A stretch of DNA of 64,000 nt, taken from positions 5,586 through 69,585 of the IMG/VR virus record IMGVR_UViG_3300029297_000002. One strand, given 5' to 3'. Both the position numbers and the translations under genes were made by a program. The stretch is from a virus (lineage: Duplodnaviria > Caudoviricetes). Shown here piece by piece: positions 54,329 through 63,575 of this stretch. A model generated the notes under the pieces. That model searched no databases, was not told where the DNA came from, and saw nothing but the letters and a program-made list of their open reading frames with translations. Within the stretch, counting starts at the first letter, position 1. Each line of letters begins with the position of its first letter.

Positions 54329-55658
54329 AACAAACGTCCTTTCGGAAGCTTTCATCGAAGATTTGTTTATCACATGTATAGAGGACAGTTATATACTTTC
54401 GATGGTATGCGAGCATTTGGAAGAAGAACATCTCCCAGATCGCAATACAGCAGCTGTTCTCAAAGCTTTTAAGGACTATTATAGAGAATATCGACGAGTG
54501 CCGAATTACTCAATTATTCAGCAAAAGCTCGCTGGCAAGAATGGTGCCCTCAGATTTTGGAAGGAAGCCTATGATAACGGTGAAGCATTTGCTACTGATG
54601 AATGTCTTGGCTTGCTCGAAGAATATCTAAAACGTGTTGAATTTCAGAAAACATATAAGAAAGCCGGTGAGGTGTATAATCGAGAAGGGTTAGAAAGTGC
54701 CCAGCAACTGCTTGCAAAGCACGTGGATTGGATGCGTACATTCTCATTGACCGAATCAACTTATACCGATGTGATTGATACTTTTACAACACGGCATATT
54801 CAAAATCGTGCTAAAAACAATTCCCGTGGTACTATACGTGCTATCACACGCTTTTATATTGATGAGCTGGACAACCTTAACCAAGATAGGGATTTGCGTG
54901 GTCAACTTTCCTGTATCTTGGCTCCAACTGGTGTTGGTAAAAGTCATGCGGCTCGTTGGATAGGCTCCCAGGCTTGTATTGACGGTTTTAACGTACTCCA
55001 TTTCCAGTTAGAAGGCAGCCGAGAGGAAGTTGAAAATGCTTACTCTGCGGCACTTGTTGCTTGTAATGCCTATAGTTATGAAAAGGGCTTTATCAAGGAT
55101 AAGGACATGGATGCTTTTGCTAAAGAATTGGAAAGCATAGCCGGCAAATTGTACGTCAGAAGTTATCCAAAATTCAATCAGCATGTTTCCACTATCAATA
55201 TCAAGGAAGCTATTGCTGAGTTTCGCAAGAACTATGGCGTTAAACCGGATATTATCCTCATTGATTCTATGGACTTATTGAACGATTCATCTGGTCGTAA
55301 GTATGGAGATAGCGGAGAGCGCCTGAAACGCATCGCTGTGGCAAATGACTTAAAGGATATTGCCAGTGAAGAAGAAGTCTGGGTGGTGACGACTTATCAG
55401 GCACGCATAGAAAACCCTGATTGGGTGAATGACGAAAAGAACGTATTAACGGAATACTCGTCATCGGAGGCTAAAGGAATCGCCCAGCCACTTACTCACT
55501 TGATTACTCTCAATCAATCCGCAAATGAGCGTCGTGAAAAGACGATGAGAATCCATGTTGCTAAGAGTCGTTTCTTCCCCAAGGGAGATACATTCAAAAT
55601 AGCTACAGATTATGACCATGAAAGGTTCTTCGACCGGCAAAGAACAGCCAATCTTTAA
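54312..55658 (+). CDS. dnaB: Replicative SF4 helicase (DnaB/T4 gp41-like)
   Basis: Walker A APTGVGKS, FQLE, ILIDSMD, VVTTYQ, KSRF arginine finger. Confidence 0.9.
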   Translation: MSANNKTNVLSEAFIEDLFITCIEDSYILSMVCEHLEEEHLPDRNTAAVLKAFKDYYREYRRVPNYSIIQQKLAGKNGALRFWKEAYDNGEAFATDECLGLLEEYLKRVEFQKTYKKAGEVYNREGLESAQQLLAKHVDWMRTFSLTESTYTDVIDTFTTRHIQNRAKNNSRGTIRAITRFYIDELDNLNQDRDLRGQLSCILAPTGVGKSHAARWIGSQACIDGFNVLHFQLEGSREEVENAYSAALVACNAYSYEKGFIKDKDMDAFAKELESIAGKLYVRSYPKFNQHVSTINIKEAIAEFRKNYGVKPDIILIDSMDLLNDSSGRKYGDSGERLKRIAVANDLKDIASEEEVWVVTTYQARIENPDWVNDEKNVLTEYSSSEAKGIAQPLTHLITLNQSANERREKTMRIHVAKSRFFPKGDTFKIATDYDHERFFDRQRTANL

Positions 55659-55672
55659 TATACGGAGGTGTT

Positions 55673-56719
55673 ATGTATATAAGTAAGGAAGATAAAGAAT
55701 ACCTGATTCGTGAACTTCAGGCTGAGCTTCACGCAAGACTGGACGGCGGTCGTAAAAACCTAATAGTCCCCGAATGTATTTGGTGCGGTAAGACCGGTGG
55801 CAAACTTGGAATTTATGTTGGCCCTGAAAAGAATGGCAAAGTATTCGGTATGGCACATTGCTTTTCTTGTGGTAGAACTTGTAAAGACATTAACCGATTT
55901 GTAGAAGAAATTGGCCGATCTGATTTACAGGTTAAGGACACAGCCAAATTTACTCCAGTAGAAGTACCGGAGTTCTTCAATCTGGAAGAGGATGAGATTG
56001 ATGATGAGCTTGTGGTCGTAGAAATGCCGGAATCTTGGAAACGGTGTTTCAAAAACCCATATTTGAAATCTCGCGGCTTTACCACTGATGATTATGCCTA
56101 TTTTCCTGTTGGGACAACTCGCGGCCTAAACTTTAAGTTTGACGATTATGTGGTTTTCCCGATATATGATGATGGCGACATTGTAGGATATGTCTCCAGA
56201 CATGTATGGAGCAAACAGGATATTGACGAATACAACGACAAAGCAAAACGTAACAACAAATATCAGATTCGCCGATACAATAATAGTATTGAAAACGATT
56301 TTGTCAAGCTCCTATACAATTATGATTCAATAATTGAGGATGAGACTGACACCGTAATATTGGTTGAGGGTATATTTGATGTCATTGCCCTTACCCGCAA
56401 ACTGGATTTGTATGACAACCATCGTATAGTGGCAGTCTGCACATTTGGAAAGAAAATCAGCGATGCCCAGATTTATAAACTGCAAAGTAAGGGCGTCCAT
56501 GACATCATCATAGGTTACGATACGGATGCGTCAGACGCAATCAACGTGGCCGCAGACAAATTGAACGAATACTTTGACAATGTAATGATTGCCAAACTCG
56601 TAGGTGAAGGTAAAGACTGGGATGACGCAAACTTTTGGGACATCTATGATACTTTCTCAGAATCTCTATTTACTCCAATCGAATATAAACTGAGTAACGT
56701 AGATGGCAAAATCAGATAG
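55673..56719 (+). CDS. dnaG: DNA primase (Zn-binding plus TOPRIM)
   Basis: CIWC..HCFSC, YLKSRG, VVFPI, LVEGIFD, GYDTD, KDWDD. Confidence 0.9.
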   Translation: MYISKEDKEYLIRELQAELHARLDGGRKNLIVPECIWCGKTGGKLGIYVGPEKNGKVFGMAHCFSCGRTCKDINRFVEEIGRSDLQVKDTAKFTPVEVPEFFNLEEDEIDDELVVVEMPESWKRCFKNPYLKSRGFTTDDYAYFPVGTTRGLNFKFDDYVVFPIYDDGDIVGYVSRHVWSKQDIDEYNDKAKRNNKYQIRRYNNSIENDFVKLLYNYDSIIEDETDTVILVEGIFDVIALTRKLDLYDNHRIVAVCTFGKKISDAQIYKLQSKGVHDIIIGYDTDASDAINVAADKLNEYFDNVMIAKLVGEGKDWDDANFWDIYDTFSESLFTPIEYKLSNVDGKIR

Positions 56720-58436
56720 AATCATCGAATTGTATGAGTGGCTGGAGCAGAACAAAATTCAGTACACACAAATAGATGCGGAAGTTATTGATATTCCTGG
56801 GTTTGGTAAGGCGTATTTCCAAGACACCCAGCGATCAACCTACAATTCAATCTTCCGCAAAGATACGGACGGTAACTTTATCTTTAATAGTTTGGTGCGT
56901 CCAGAAGAATTGCTGAATGATGGCATTGAGAATATCATTTTCAAATTCGGCAACAACTTCTACTATCACAACCTAAATCAAGATTTCAAATTGAATATCT
57001 TGAAGTACGTTGGTGAGCGAGCCAAGTTACAACATGACATCCCATTTGTAAATCTTGGGGTACACACCCCCTTTGAACTCTTAAATGGCAGTTTTATGCC
57101 GGAGGAATGGATTCGTAAGGCGAAGTATTTAGGTCATACCGCATTGGGGGTATGTGACTATAATACTATGGCCGCTTGCTTTGTATTTCAAAAAGGTTGT
57201 GACGCTGCCGGAATCAAGCCAGTGTTTGGTTATTCCCTTACTGTTGAGGCTGATGGATTTAACTTCGGAGCAAAGGTCTATGTTCAGACGCAACAAGGTT
57301 TTCGTAACCTGCTGAGAATCCAAAAAGCGATTATGGTAGATAATGTGGAAAACAAGACTATAGATATTTCAGAACTGCTTAATCGAGCAAAAGGCAATGC
57401 ACTTGTGCTTGATAAATATGCGCCCACTTCTTTCGTGGGTAACAAGCAAGTGGTTGATACATTAACACAGGCGTTTGACCGCATTTTCTATCAAGTTGAT
57501 TTGTCAGAATACAAAGCCGAGCGTATTGACATCAAGGTTTTAGAAGCCACTAAAAAGTATTTCCATGAATGGTATGACGACAGCAAAATGCCACGCCCTG
57601 TACTGCTTAGCGATGCGTATTATCTTGACTCCGACGACGCCAAGAATAAAATAATTCTCAACAAGGTAGCAGAAGGTGCCGCACACGAACAAAGCAACGA
57701 CCAGTATTTCAAAGATATTGATGAGCATTATGCTTTGTTTGAGGCCCTATTTGGAGAAGACTGGGATATAGAAGGATTGTTTCGTGAATGTGCAGAGAAC
57801 ACGTTCATCATTGCAGACCATGCAGAAGGGCGTATGGACACTACCAGAAACTATATGCCGAAATACGACATGACTCCGGAAGAACTGGAGAAATATGGCA
57901 CCACCCACAATATGTTCAATCAACTTTTGGAGGAAGGACTTCAGCGTTTGGCTCCTAAAGATAAAATGGATCAGTATCGGAAGCAGATGGAGTATGAGAA
58001 ATACATCATTGAATCTACTGATAATGTGGACTATTTGCTTGTGCAGTATGATACTTGCAACTGGGCTCGTAAGAACAACATTTTTGTGGGTTGTGGACGT
58101 GGTTCTGCTGCCGGCTCTCTGCTTCTTTATTTGCTGGGAATTACGCTAATAGACCCTATTAAATACAATCTCATCTTCGAGCGTTTTCTTCTTCCTGAAC
58201 GTGCCGGACTGTCTCCAGCAGATACAACCATTATTGGTAACGACATGGATTCTAATCGTTATTTTGAGCTCACATTATACGATGGCAAAATCATCAAAGT
58301 CGATTACGATGCTGAGTTCATGGTTAAGCGGACGGGAACAGAAGAGCCTATCAGAATATATGCTGATGAACTCCAAGAGGGTGATGACATCATCTTTGAT
58401 AACAAAGACATTCTTTTTACAATCAACGAGTTATAA
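56703..58436 (+). CDS. dnaE: DNA polymerase III alpha, N-terminal fragment (PHP plus part of palm) ending in an intein-N-like tail
   Basis: VHTPFELLNG, IKPVFG, SDAYY, GRGSAAGSLLLYLLGIT.IDP..LIFERFL; homology stops at PERAG. Confidence 0.92.
   Translation: MAKSDRIIELYEWLEQNKIQYTQIDAEVIDIPGFGKAYFQDTQRSTYNSIFRKDTDGNFIFNSLVRPEELLNDGIENIIFKFGNNFYYHNLNQDFKLNILKYVGERAKLQHDIPFVNLGVHTPFELLNGSFMPEEWIRKAKYLGHTALGVCDYNTMAACFVFQKGCDAAGIKPVFGYSLTVEADGFNFGAKVYVQTQQGFRNLLRIQKAIMVDNVENKTIDISELLNRAKGNALVLDKYAPTSFVGNKQVVDTLTQAFDRIFYQVDLSEYKAERIDIKVLEATKKYFHEWYDDSKMPRPVLLSDAYYLDSDDAKNKIILNKVAEGAAHEQSNDQYFKDIDEHYALFEALFGEDWDIEGLFRECAENTFIIADHAEGRMDTTRNYMPKYDMTPEELEKYGTTHNMFNQLLEEGLQRLAPKDKMDQYRKQMEYEKYIIESTDNVDYLLVQYDTCNWARKNNIFVGCGRGSAAGSLLLYLLGITLIDPIKYNLIFERFLLPERAGLSPADTTIIGNDMDSNRYFELTLYDGKIIKVDYDAEFMVKRTGTEEPIRIYADELQEGDDIIFDNKDILFTINEL
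58209..58433 (+). other. Degenerate N-terminal split-intein (Hint)-like segment, 75 aa
   Basis: LSPADTTI (block A-like), YFELTLYDGKIIKVDYDAEFMV (block B-like, TxxH replaced by DYDA), ADELQEGDDI. Confidence 0.7.
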
Positions 58437-58438
58437 TT

Positions 58439-59764
58439 ATGGAATTGACAGATGAAATGAGTCGTGCGTTTCAAATCATAGAAGAAACGAGAGACAGCCT
58501 CTTCATTACAGGCAAGGCTGGAACCGGGAAGACTACATTCCTGAAGTACATAGTTGAGAACACTCATAAAAATATCATTGTGGCTGCATCAACCGGGATT
58601 GCAGCTATCAATGCAGGGGGTGTGACATTGCATAGTTTGTTTGGAATCCCGTTTGACTTACAAGGACCAAATTCGCCTATCAAAGGAAAACTGTATCAAG
58701 ATAAGTTTGAACTATTCGGTAAACTTGATACGCTTATTATCGATGAAGCGAGTATGGTCCGGCCAGATGTGCTGGATTATGTGGATCGAAAACTGAGGCT
58801 CTACAGAATGAATGAACTTCCATTTGGCGGTATTCAAATCGTGCTGTTTGGAGACTTGTTCCAGTTACCTCCGGTTATAAAGAAAAACGAGGAAATCATT
58901 CTTCGACAGTGGTATCGTGGAAACTACTTCTTCTATTCTCATGCACTTAGAGAAGTAGGTTTTCAAATTGTTGAACTCACTAAAGTATTTCGTCAGAAAG
59001 ATGAACGATTTGTTAATATGCTAAATCGCATACGAGAATATCAACTTCTTCCGATGGACATTGATGATTTGAGCGAACTGCGGGACAATCGAGAGAGCAA
59101 AGACTTCAATACACAAGCTATTCATATTTGTTCATTGCGCCGCGATGCCGATAAAATCAATAGTCAAATGATAGGAGAAACGACACATTCATTTATAGCA
59201 GAGTTCAAGGATGCTTTCAATCCTAAAAATGCGCCTTGTGATTTGGATTTGAAGCTACGTGTTGGTGCTCGCGTAATGACTTTAGTAAACGATAACAGAC
59301 ATGGGTTCTATAATGGTTCTATGGGCACAGTAACTGATATTAGTGCCACTAAAATTGGAGTAATGTTGGATGCCGGCCATCAAGTAATCATTGAGCCTTT
59401 CACGTGGGTTGACCGAGAATATAAAGTTAATGGCAATGAGATTGAAACAATTGAGAAAGGAAGTTGCAGACAATTCCCACTTACTTTGGGATGGGCAATC
59501 ACAATTCATAAAAGTCAAGGACTGACCTTTGACAACGTGGTTATACATTGCCCCTATGCGTTTGCCCCTGGAATGTTATATGTAGCATTGAGCCGATGTA
59601 CTTCGATGAAAGGAATCGTAACGGATTTTTTCATTAACAAAAGAGCCATTATTAAGGATAAAGAGCTCATCGCTTTTAACCACATCTGCCGGAATAACGG
59701 TAATAAGTTTAATCTTGACGTATATCGTGCCATTTGCAAAAGTTTGAGCTATGAGGGTAACTAA
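58439..59764 (+). CDS. PIF1-like SF1B helicase
   Basis: GKAGTGKT, TGIAA..GVTLHS, IIDEASM, FGGIQIVLFGDLFQLPPV, FRQKD, QFPL..WAITIHKSQGLT, YVALSR. Confidence 0.95.
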   Translation: MELTDEMSRAFQIIEETRDSLFITGKAGTGKTTFLKYIVENTHKNIIVAASTGIAAINAGGVTLHSLFGIPFDLQGPNSPIKGKLYQDKFELFGKLDTLIIDEASMVRPDVLDYVDRKLRLYRMNELPFGGIQIVLFGDLFQLPPVIKKNEEIILRQWYRGNYFFYSHALREVGFQIVELTKVFRQKDERFVNMLNRIREYQLLPMDIDDLSELRDNRESKDFNTQAIHICSLRRDADKINSQMIGETTHSFIAEFKDAFNPKNAPCDLDLKLRVGARVMTLVNDNRHGFYNGSMGTVTDISATKIGVMLDAGHQVIIEPFTWVDREYKVNGNEIETIEKGSCRQFPLTLGWAITIHKSQGLTFDNVVIHCPYAFAPGMLYVALSRCTSMKGIVTDFFINKRAIIKDKELIAFNHICRNNGNKFNLDVYRAICKSLSYEGN

Positions 59765-59846
59765 AATACAAGAACATCATACGAAACATCCAGTCAAAGT
59801 ACTGGATTGTTTCGTTGACTCCGGCTATGTAAAAACAGAGCACGGA
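59751..59846 (+). other. Degenerate C-terminal split-intein-like segment, 32 aa
   Basis: MRVTKIQEHHTKHPVKVLDCFVDSGYVKTEHG followed by Ser; block F-like VLD..V; ends His-Gly instead of His-Asn. Confidence 0.65.
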
Positions 59847-61928
59847 TCACTTCCTGACGTGGACAACGATTTCCAGTCAGACAAGCGTCAAGAAGTTAAG
59901 GAATACATAGAACGCCGTTACAATCACGATGGTAAGCAGCGCGTGTTTTCTGCCGGTACATTTACCACTCTAAAGGCCAAGGCGGTTATTAAGGATGTGG
60001 CTCGTACAATGCGCATCAGCCCTTCTTTGGTAAATTATCTAACGGCTATTATAGAGGATGATGGTGCCGATTATACAGAAATCTTCAAACTTGCGGCTTC
60101 TAACCGAAAGATTGCCAAATTTATCCATGACTATCCGGAACTATTTGAAGACATACGCACTCTCATGTTTCAACCTCGCTCCAGTTCGGTCCACGCTTCA
60201 GCATTACTTGTAACTCCGGACGATATGGACGGCGAAGATGTGGAGTGTTTTGACTTTGTGCCTATTAAAAAAGTTGACGACATCCTTGTAAGTGAGAATA
60301 GCGGTTACGACCTCGATGAACTGGGCTTGCTCAAAAACGACTGTCTGGCAACTAAGGAGCTTTCCAAACTTCACCAGACTTTTGATCTAATCAATGAGCA
60401 TTATGGTGCCGGCCTTACAATGGAGGGTGTAGTGGAAAGTGATTTGGCTAATGAACGTGCATACGAATTGTTACGCCAAGGCTGCACGCAGAATGTATTC
60501 CAGCTTTCATCACGAGGCATGACGAAATTTTTGGTTGAGATGCAACCCACTTGTATTCACGATTTAATTGCGGCCAACGCTTTGTTTCGTCCGGCAACAT
60601 TGGAAAATGGTTCAACAGAGGCTTATGTTGACAGAAAAAAAGGACTGGTTGCGCCAACGTATCTTTGGGGTACTTATAACGCCCTGAATGACACATTCGG
60701 GTTGATTACTTACCAAGAACAAGTTGCCCAAATTGCTCGTGAAGTCGGCGGCTTCTCGTTAGGTGAAGGTGTGAAACTCGTAAAGTTTATCTCAAAAAAG
60801 AAGGCTGAGAAGATTCAAGCCATGCGTGAGAAATTCTTGAAAGGAGCAAAAGAGAACGGCTGTCCGATAGAAGATGCCATTGCTATTTGGCAACAGATTG
60901 AAGCGTGCGGTTCTTACCTCTTTAATAAATCCCACGCAACTGCCTATGCTGTTACCTCATATATCGGTGCTTTTCTGAAAGCACAATATCCAACAGCGTT
61001 TTATACGGTCGCACTGGAATGGGCTGATGACAAAGAGCTTATTCCTATTATGTCTGAAATGGAGGCTTGCAGCAACGCTAAGGTAGTGTCTCCAGACATC
61101 AATAAGAGTGCGATGAGTTTCTATACGGACTATGAAACCAATCAGATATTCTGGTCGCTTTCTCGTATTAAAATGGTCGGCACAAAAGCGGTTGATTGGA
61201 TTATCAACGAGCGCAACAAAAATGGTGAGTTTACCAGTATTAACAACTTCATTGAGCGCATATTCAAGTATAAACTCAAAAAATATCAATACTGGGATGA
61301 TCCAGATAATGAAGATGAGGTACAACGATGCCCGGTCAATGCCCGTCATGTCCTCAACCTTATCCTTGCTGGATGCTTTGACAAGATAGAAAACGCACTA
61401 TCGGTAGTTGAAAGATATGCAATTGTGGAGAAGGCTGCGGAGACCCTTGGGTTTGAAATCAAACAAAAAGATTTCCCAGATGACTTACGCAACAAGCACT
61501 ATTTCTGGTCTCAGCAACAAATTAAAGTGTCCGGTCTCGGAGCCATTGACTATAAACGAATCTACGACAACAGCGCGATTAAAGAGCAGATTCGTGGTCG
61601 AGCAGCATACACTACGCTTAAAGACTCCTTGAGTGAGGATAAAGATGGTAGAAAGGCCGCTATTGCCGCTACCATAGTAGAAATGGAGGAAAAGAAGTTC
61701 ACCAGTAAGAAAACTGGGGAACAAGAGGTGTTCTGCAAAGTCACCCTTCAGCAGAATAACGATATGGCAGAATTGGTGATATGGCCTGAAGAGTATCGTA
61801 ATGCTCGTGCCTTACTCATTGGTGCCAAGAACAAATTGATAATCTGTATGGCTACCGTGAAATACAGTGACTACGTTGGCCATAATAATTTCCAACTCAC
61901 TCGTAACAATTTTATTGAGATAATATGA
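59751..61928 (+). CDS. dnaE: DNA polymerase III alpha, C-terminal fragment (catalytic Asp residues, fingers, HhH, OB) with intein-C-like leader
   Basis: SLPDVDND, HASA, LLKNDCL, VFQL, YQEQ, YLFNKSHATAY, PDINKS, GCFD. Confidence 0.93.
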   Translation: MRVTKIQEHHTKHPVKVLDCFVDSGYVKTEHGSLPDVDNDFQSDKRQEVKEYIERRYNHDGKQRVFSAGTFTTLKAKAVIKDVARTMRISPSLVNYLTAIIEDDGADYTEIFKLAASNRKIAKFIHDYPELFEDIRTLMFQPRSSSVHASALLVTPDDMDGEDVECFDFVPIKKVDDILVSENSGYDLDELGLLKNDCLATKELSKLHQTFDLINEHYGAGLTMEGVVESDLANERAYELLRQGCTQNVFQLSSRGMTKFLVEMQPTCIHDLIAANALFRPATLENGSTEAYVDRKKGLVAPTYLWGTYNALNDTFGLITYQEQVAQIAREVGGFSLGEGVKLVKFISKKKAEKIQAMREKFLKGAKENGCPIEDAIAIWQQIEACGSYLFNKSHATAYAVTSYIGAFLKAQYPTAFYTVALEWADDKELIPIMSEMEACSNAKVVSPDINKSAMSFYTDYETNQIFWSLSRIKMVGTKAVDWIINERNKNGEFTSINNFIERIFKYKLKKYQYWDDPDNEDEVQRCPVNARHVLNLILAGCFDKIENALSVVERYAIVEKAAETLGFEIKQKDFPDDLRNKHYFWSQQQIKVSGLGAIDYKRIYDNSAIKEQIRGRAAYTTLKDSLSEDKDGRKAAIAATIVEMEEKKFTSKKTGEQEVFCKVTLQQNNDMAELVIWPEEYRNARALLIGAKNKLIICMATVKYSDYVGHNNFQLTRNNFIEII

Positions 61929-62446
61929 AACCGTTGATTATTTGTATTGTTGGAGCATCTGGAAGTGGTAAAACAACCGCTTCCATGATTCTCCAACAGC
62001 AGTTGGGATGGACTGCTATTGTGTCTTATACGACACGTCCTATGCGTAAAGGAGAGGTAAATGGAAAAGACCATTGGTTTGTTAAACCAGACCAAGTACC
62101 TCCTCAAAGTCGAATGTGTGCTTACACAAATTTCGGAGGTTATGAATACTGGACAGAGTGGGACCAATTCCTTACGCTCTTTCCCAGTGTGTATGTAATT
62201 GATGAAAAGGGACTCGTAAATTTACAGAGTAAAGAATCTACTCCTTTCCCATTCTCTCTGGTGACAATCAAGATTAAGCGAGATAATTTGAAAGACATTG
62301 ACGATAAGCGTAAAGCGCGAGACAATGACCGTATCAACATCCCAGATGAACTATATGATTATGTCATCAATAACAATGGCTCGATTGAGAATCTTCGCGC
62401 CACTCTTTATTTAACAGCACAGTGTATAATTCAAAAACATCAATAA
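61925..62446 (+). CDS. Guanylate kinase-like nucleoside monophosphate kinase
   Basis: GASGSGKT, SYTTRPMRKGEVNGKDHWF, DYVINN. Confidence 0.88.
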   Translation: MKPLIICIVGASGSGKTTASMILQQQLGWTAIVSYTTRPMRKGEVNGKDHWFVKPDQVPPQSRMCAYTNFGGYEYWTEWDQFLTLFPSVYVIDEKGLVNLQSKESTPFPFSLVTIKIKRDNLKDIDDKRKARDNDRINIPDELYDYVINNNGSIENLRATLYLTAQCIIQKHQ

Positions 62447-62447
62447 T

Positions 62448-63227
62448 ATGGCAGCACCTAAAGAAGAATCCCCGGTATTGGTAGCGTTTACCCTGGACTT
62501 TGAGACCGGCGGTTTGAAATGTCAGACATCGGCTTGTACTCAGATAGCGGTACATGCCACTCGACTCGATACTTTTGAAAAGATTGGCACATATCAAAGC
62601 TACATTGCCCCTTATAACCGTAAGGAAATAGCCGGCGCCACCAAAAAACGCAAAACATTGAAGTCAAAATATGACAATGATGATGCGGTGTCAATGGACT
62701 ATGAGGCAAGAGCGTTGGAATATTCAGCTATCACTATGGATATGCTGGAGTCCTATGGCAAACCCATTGAAATAGTGGCACAGGAGGTCCTTCAGTTTAT
62801 GATAGACAATACGCCTAAGTGTCCTAAAAACATGAAACCATTTTTGATAGGACAGCATATCGCATTTGACGAGGGGTTCCTTTGCCAAATGTTCGAGTAC
62901 GCTGGCCTTATGAATGAACTGAAAAAGGTTCTCCGGGGAGACGAGGATTTCTACGGGAACTGGCATCCGCTATATGTAGATACGATTGTACTTGGGCAGC
63001 TTGCGCTATGCCATTTGCCCAATGTCAACTCATACAAACTGGAAATCATGTGTGAAAATCTGGGAATTGAGTTGGACGATGCCCATGATGCAGATGCAGA
63101 TGTTTCGGCCACTACCAATGTCGCCGCCGTTCTCACTCAGCGTATGAGAAGTATAGGTGGCGAATACGAAGGTGAAGAACTTGCAATTTCAAAGGCCGAA
63201 AAATCACGCAAACACTTCAAAATATAA
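62448..63227 (+). CDS. DEDDh 3'-5' exonuclease (DnaQ/epsilon-like)
   Basis: DFETGG, HIAFD..FL, VDT, AHDADAD. Confidence 0.88.
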   Translation: MAAPKEESPVLVAFTLDFETGGLKCQTSACTQIAVHATRLDTFEKIGTYQSYIAPYNRKEIAGATKKRKTLKSKYDNDDAVSMDYEARALEYSAITMDMLESYGKPIEIVAQEVLQFMIDNTPKCPKNMKPFLIGQHIAFDEGFLCQMFEYAGLMNELKKVLRGDEDFYGNWHPLYVDTIVLGQLALCHLPNVNSYKLEIMCENLGIELDDAHDADADVSATTNVAAVLTQRMRSIGGEYEGEELAISKAEKSRKHFKI

Positions 63228-63233
63228 TAAACT

Positions 63234-63506
63234 ATGTCAGAACAGAAGCAAGAAGGGGCATATTCCCACATTGATGAACCTGTAGTACAGTTCAAAGTTA
63301 ATTCCGACCGCATTATTCGTGAAGTCATAAATGCAGATACCAAACAAGTACTTGTTCATATCTCCGGTTATGACCTTCAGATTAACTTTAACATGCAGTA
63401 TTTGAAGTCTATAGAAGATGTTGAAGCCGCTTGCAGCGGTATCTCGCAGTTGTTCAGAGACATCATCATGGAAAAATTGCTGGAAGGGAATAAACCGGCA
63501 GAGTAG
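63234..63506 (+). CDS. Hypothetical protein
   Basis: 90-aa ORF with an A-rich start context. Confidence 0.65.
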   Translation: MSEQKQEGAYSHIDEPVVQFKVNSDRIIREVINADTKQVLVHISGYDLQINFNMQYLKSIEDVEAACSGISQLFRDIIMEKLLEGNKPAE

Positions 63507-63575
63507 AAAACGACTATTTGTTAATGAGTATGGGTTATCACAACGATAGCCCAGCATTAACGAATTATCGTGAAC

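Noticed and set aside
58209-59846. Canonical active split intein
   Set aside because: It lacks block A Cys1, block B TxxH and the terminal Asn, so standard splicing is not supported.
56703-61928. dnaE as a pseudogene, assembly error or group I intron-interrupted gene
   Set aside because: Both halves keep their catalytic motifs, have clean coupled starts and stops, and carry ordered intein-like tails. The helicase fills the gap, leaving no evident room for a ribozyme core. An RNA-level test would still be definitive.
63531-63553. Hairpin TGGGTTATC/GATAGCCCA before terS as a terminator
   Set aside because: There is no U tract. It could be a leader structure, but no function can be supported.
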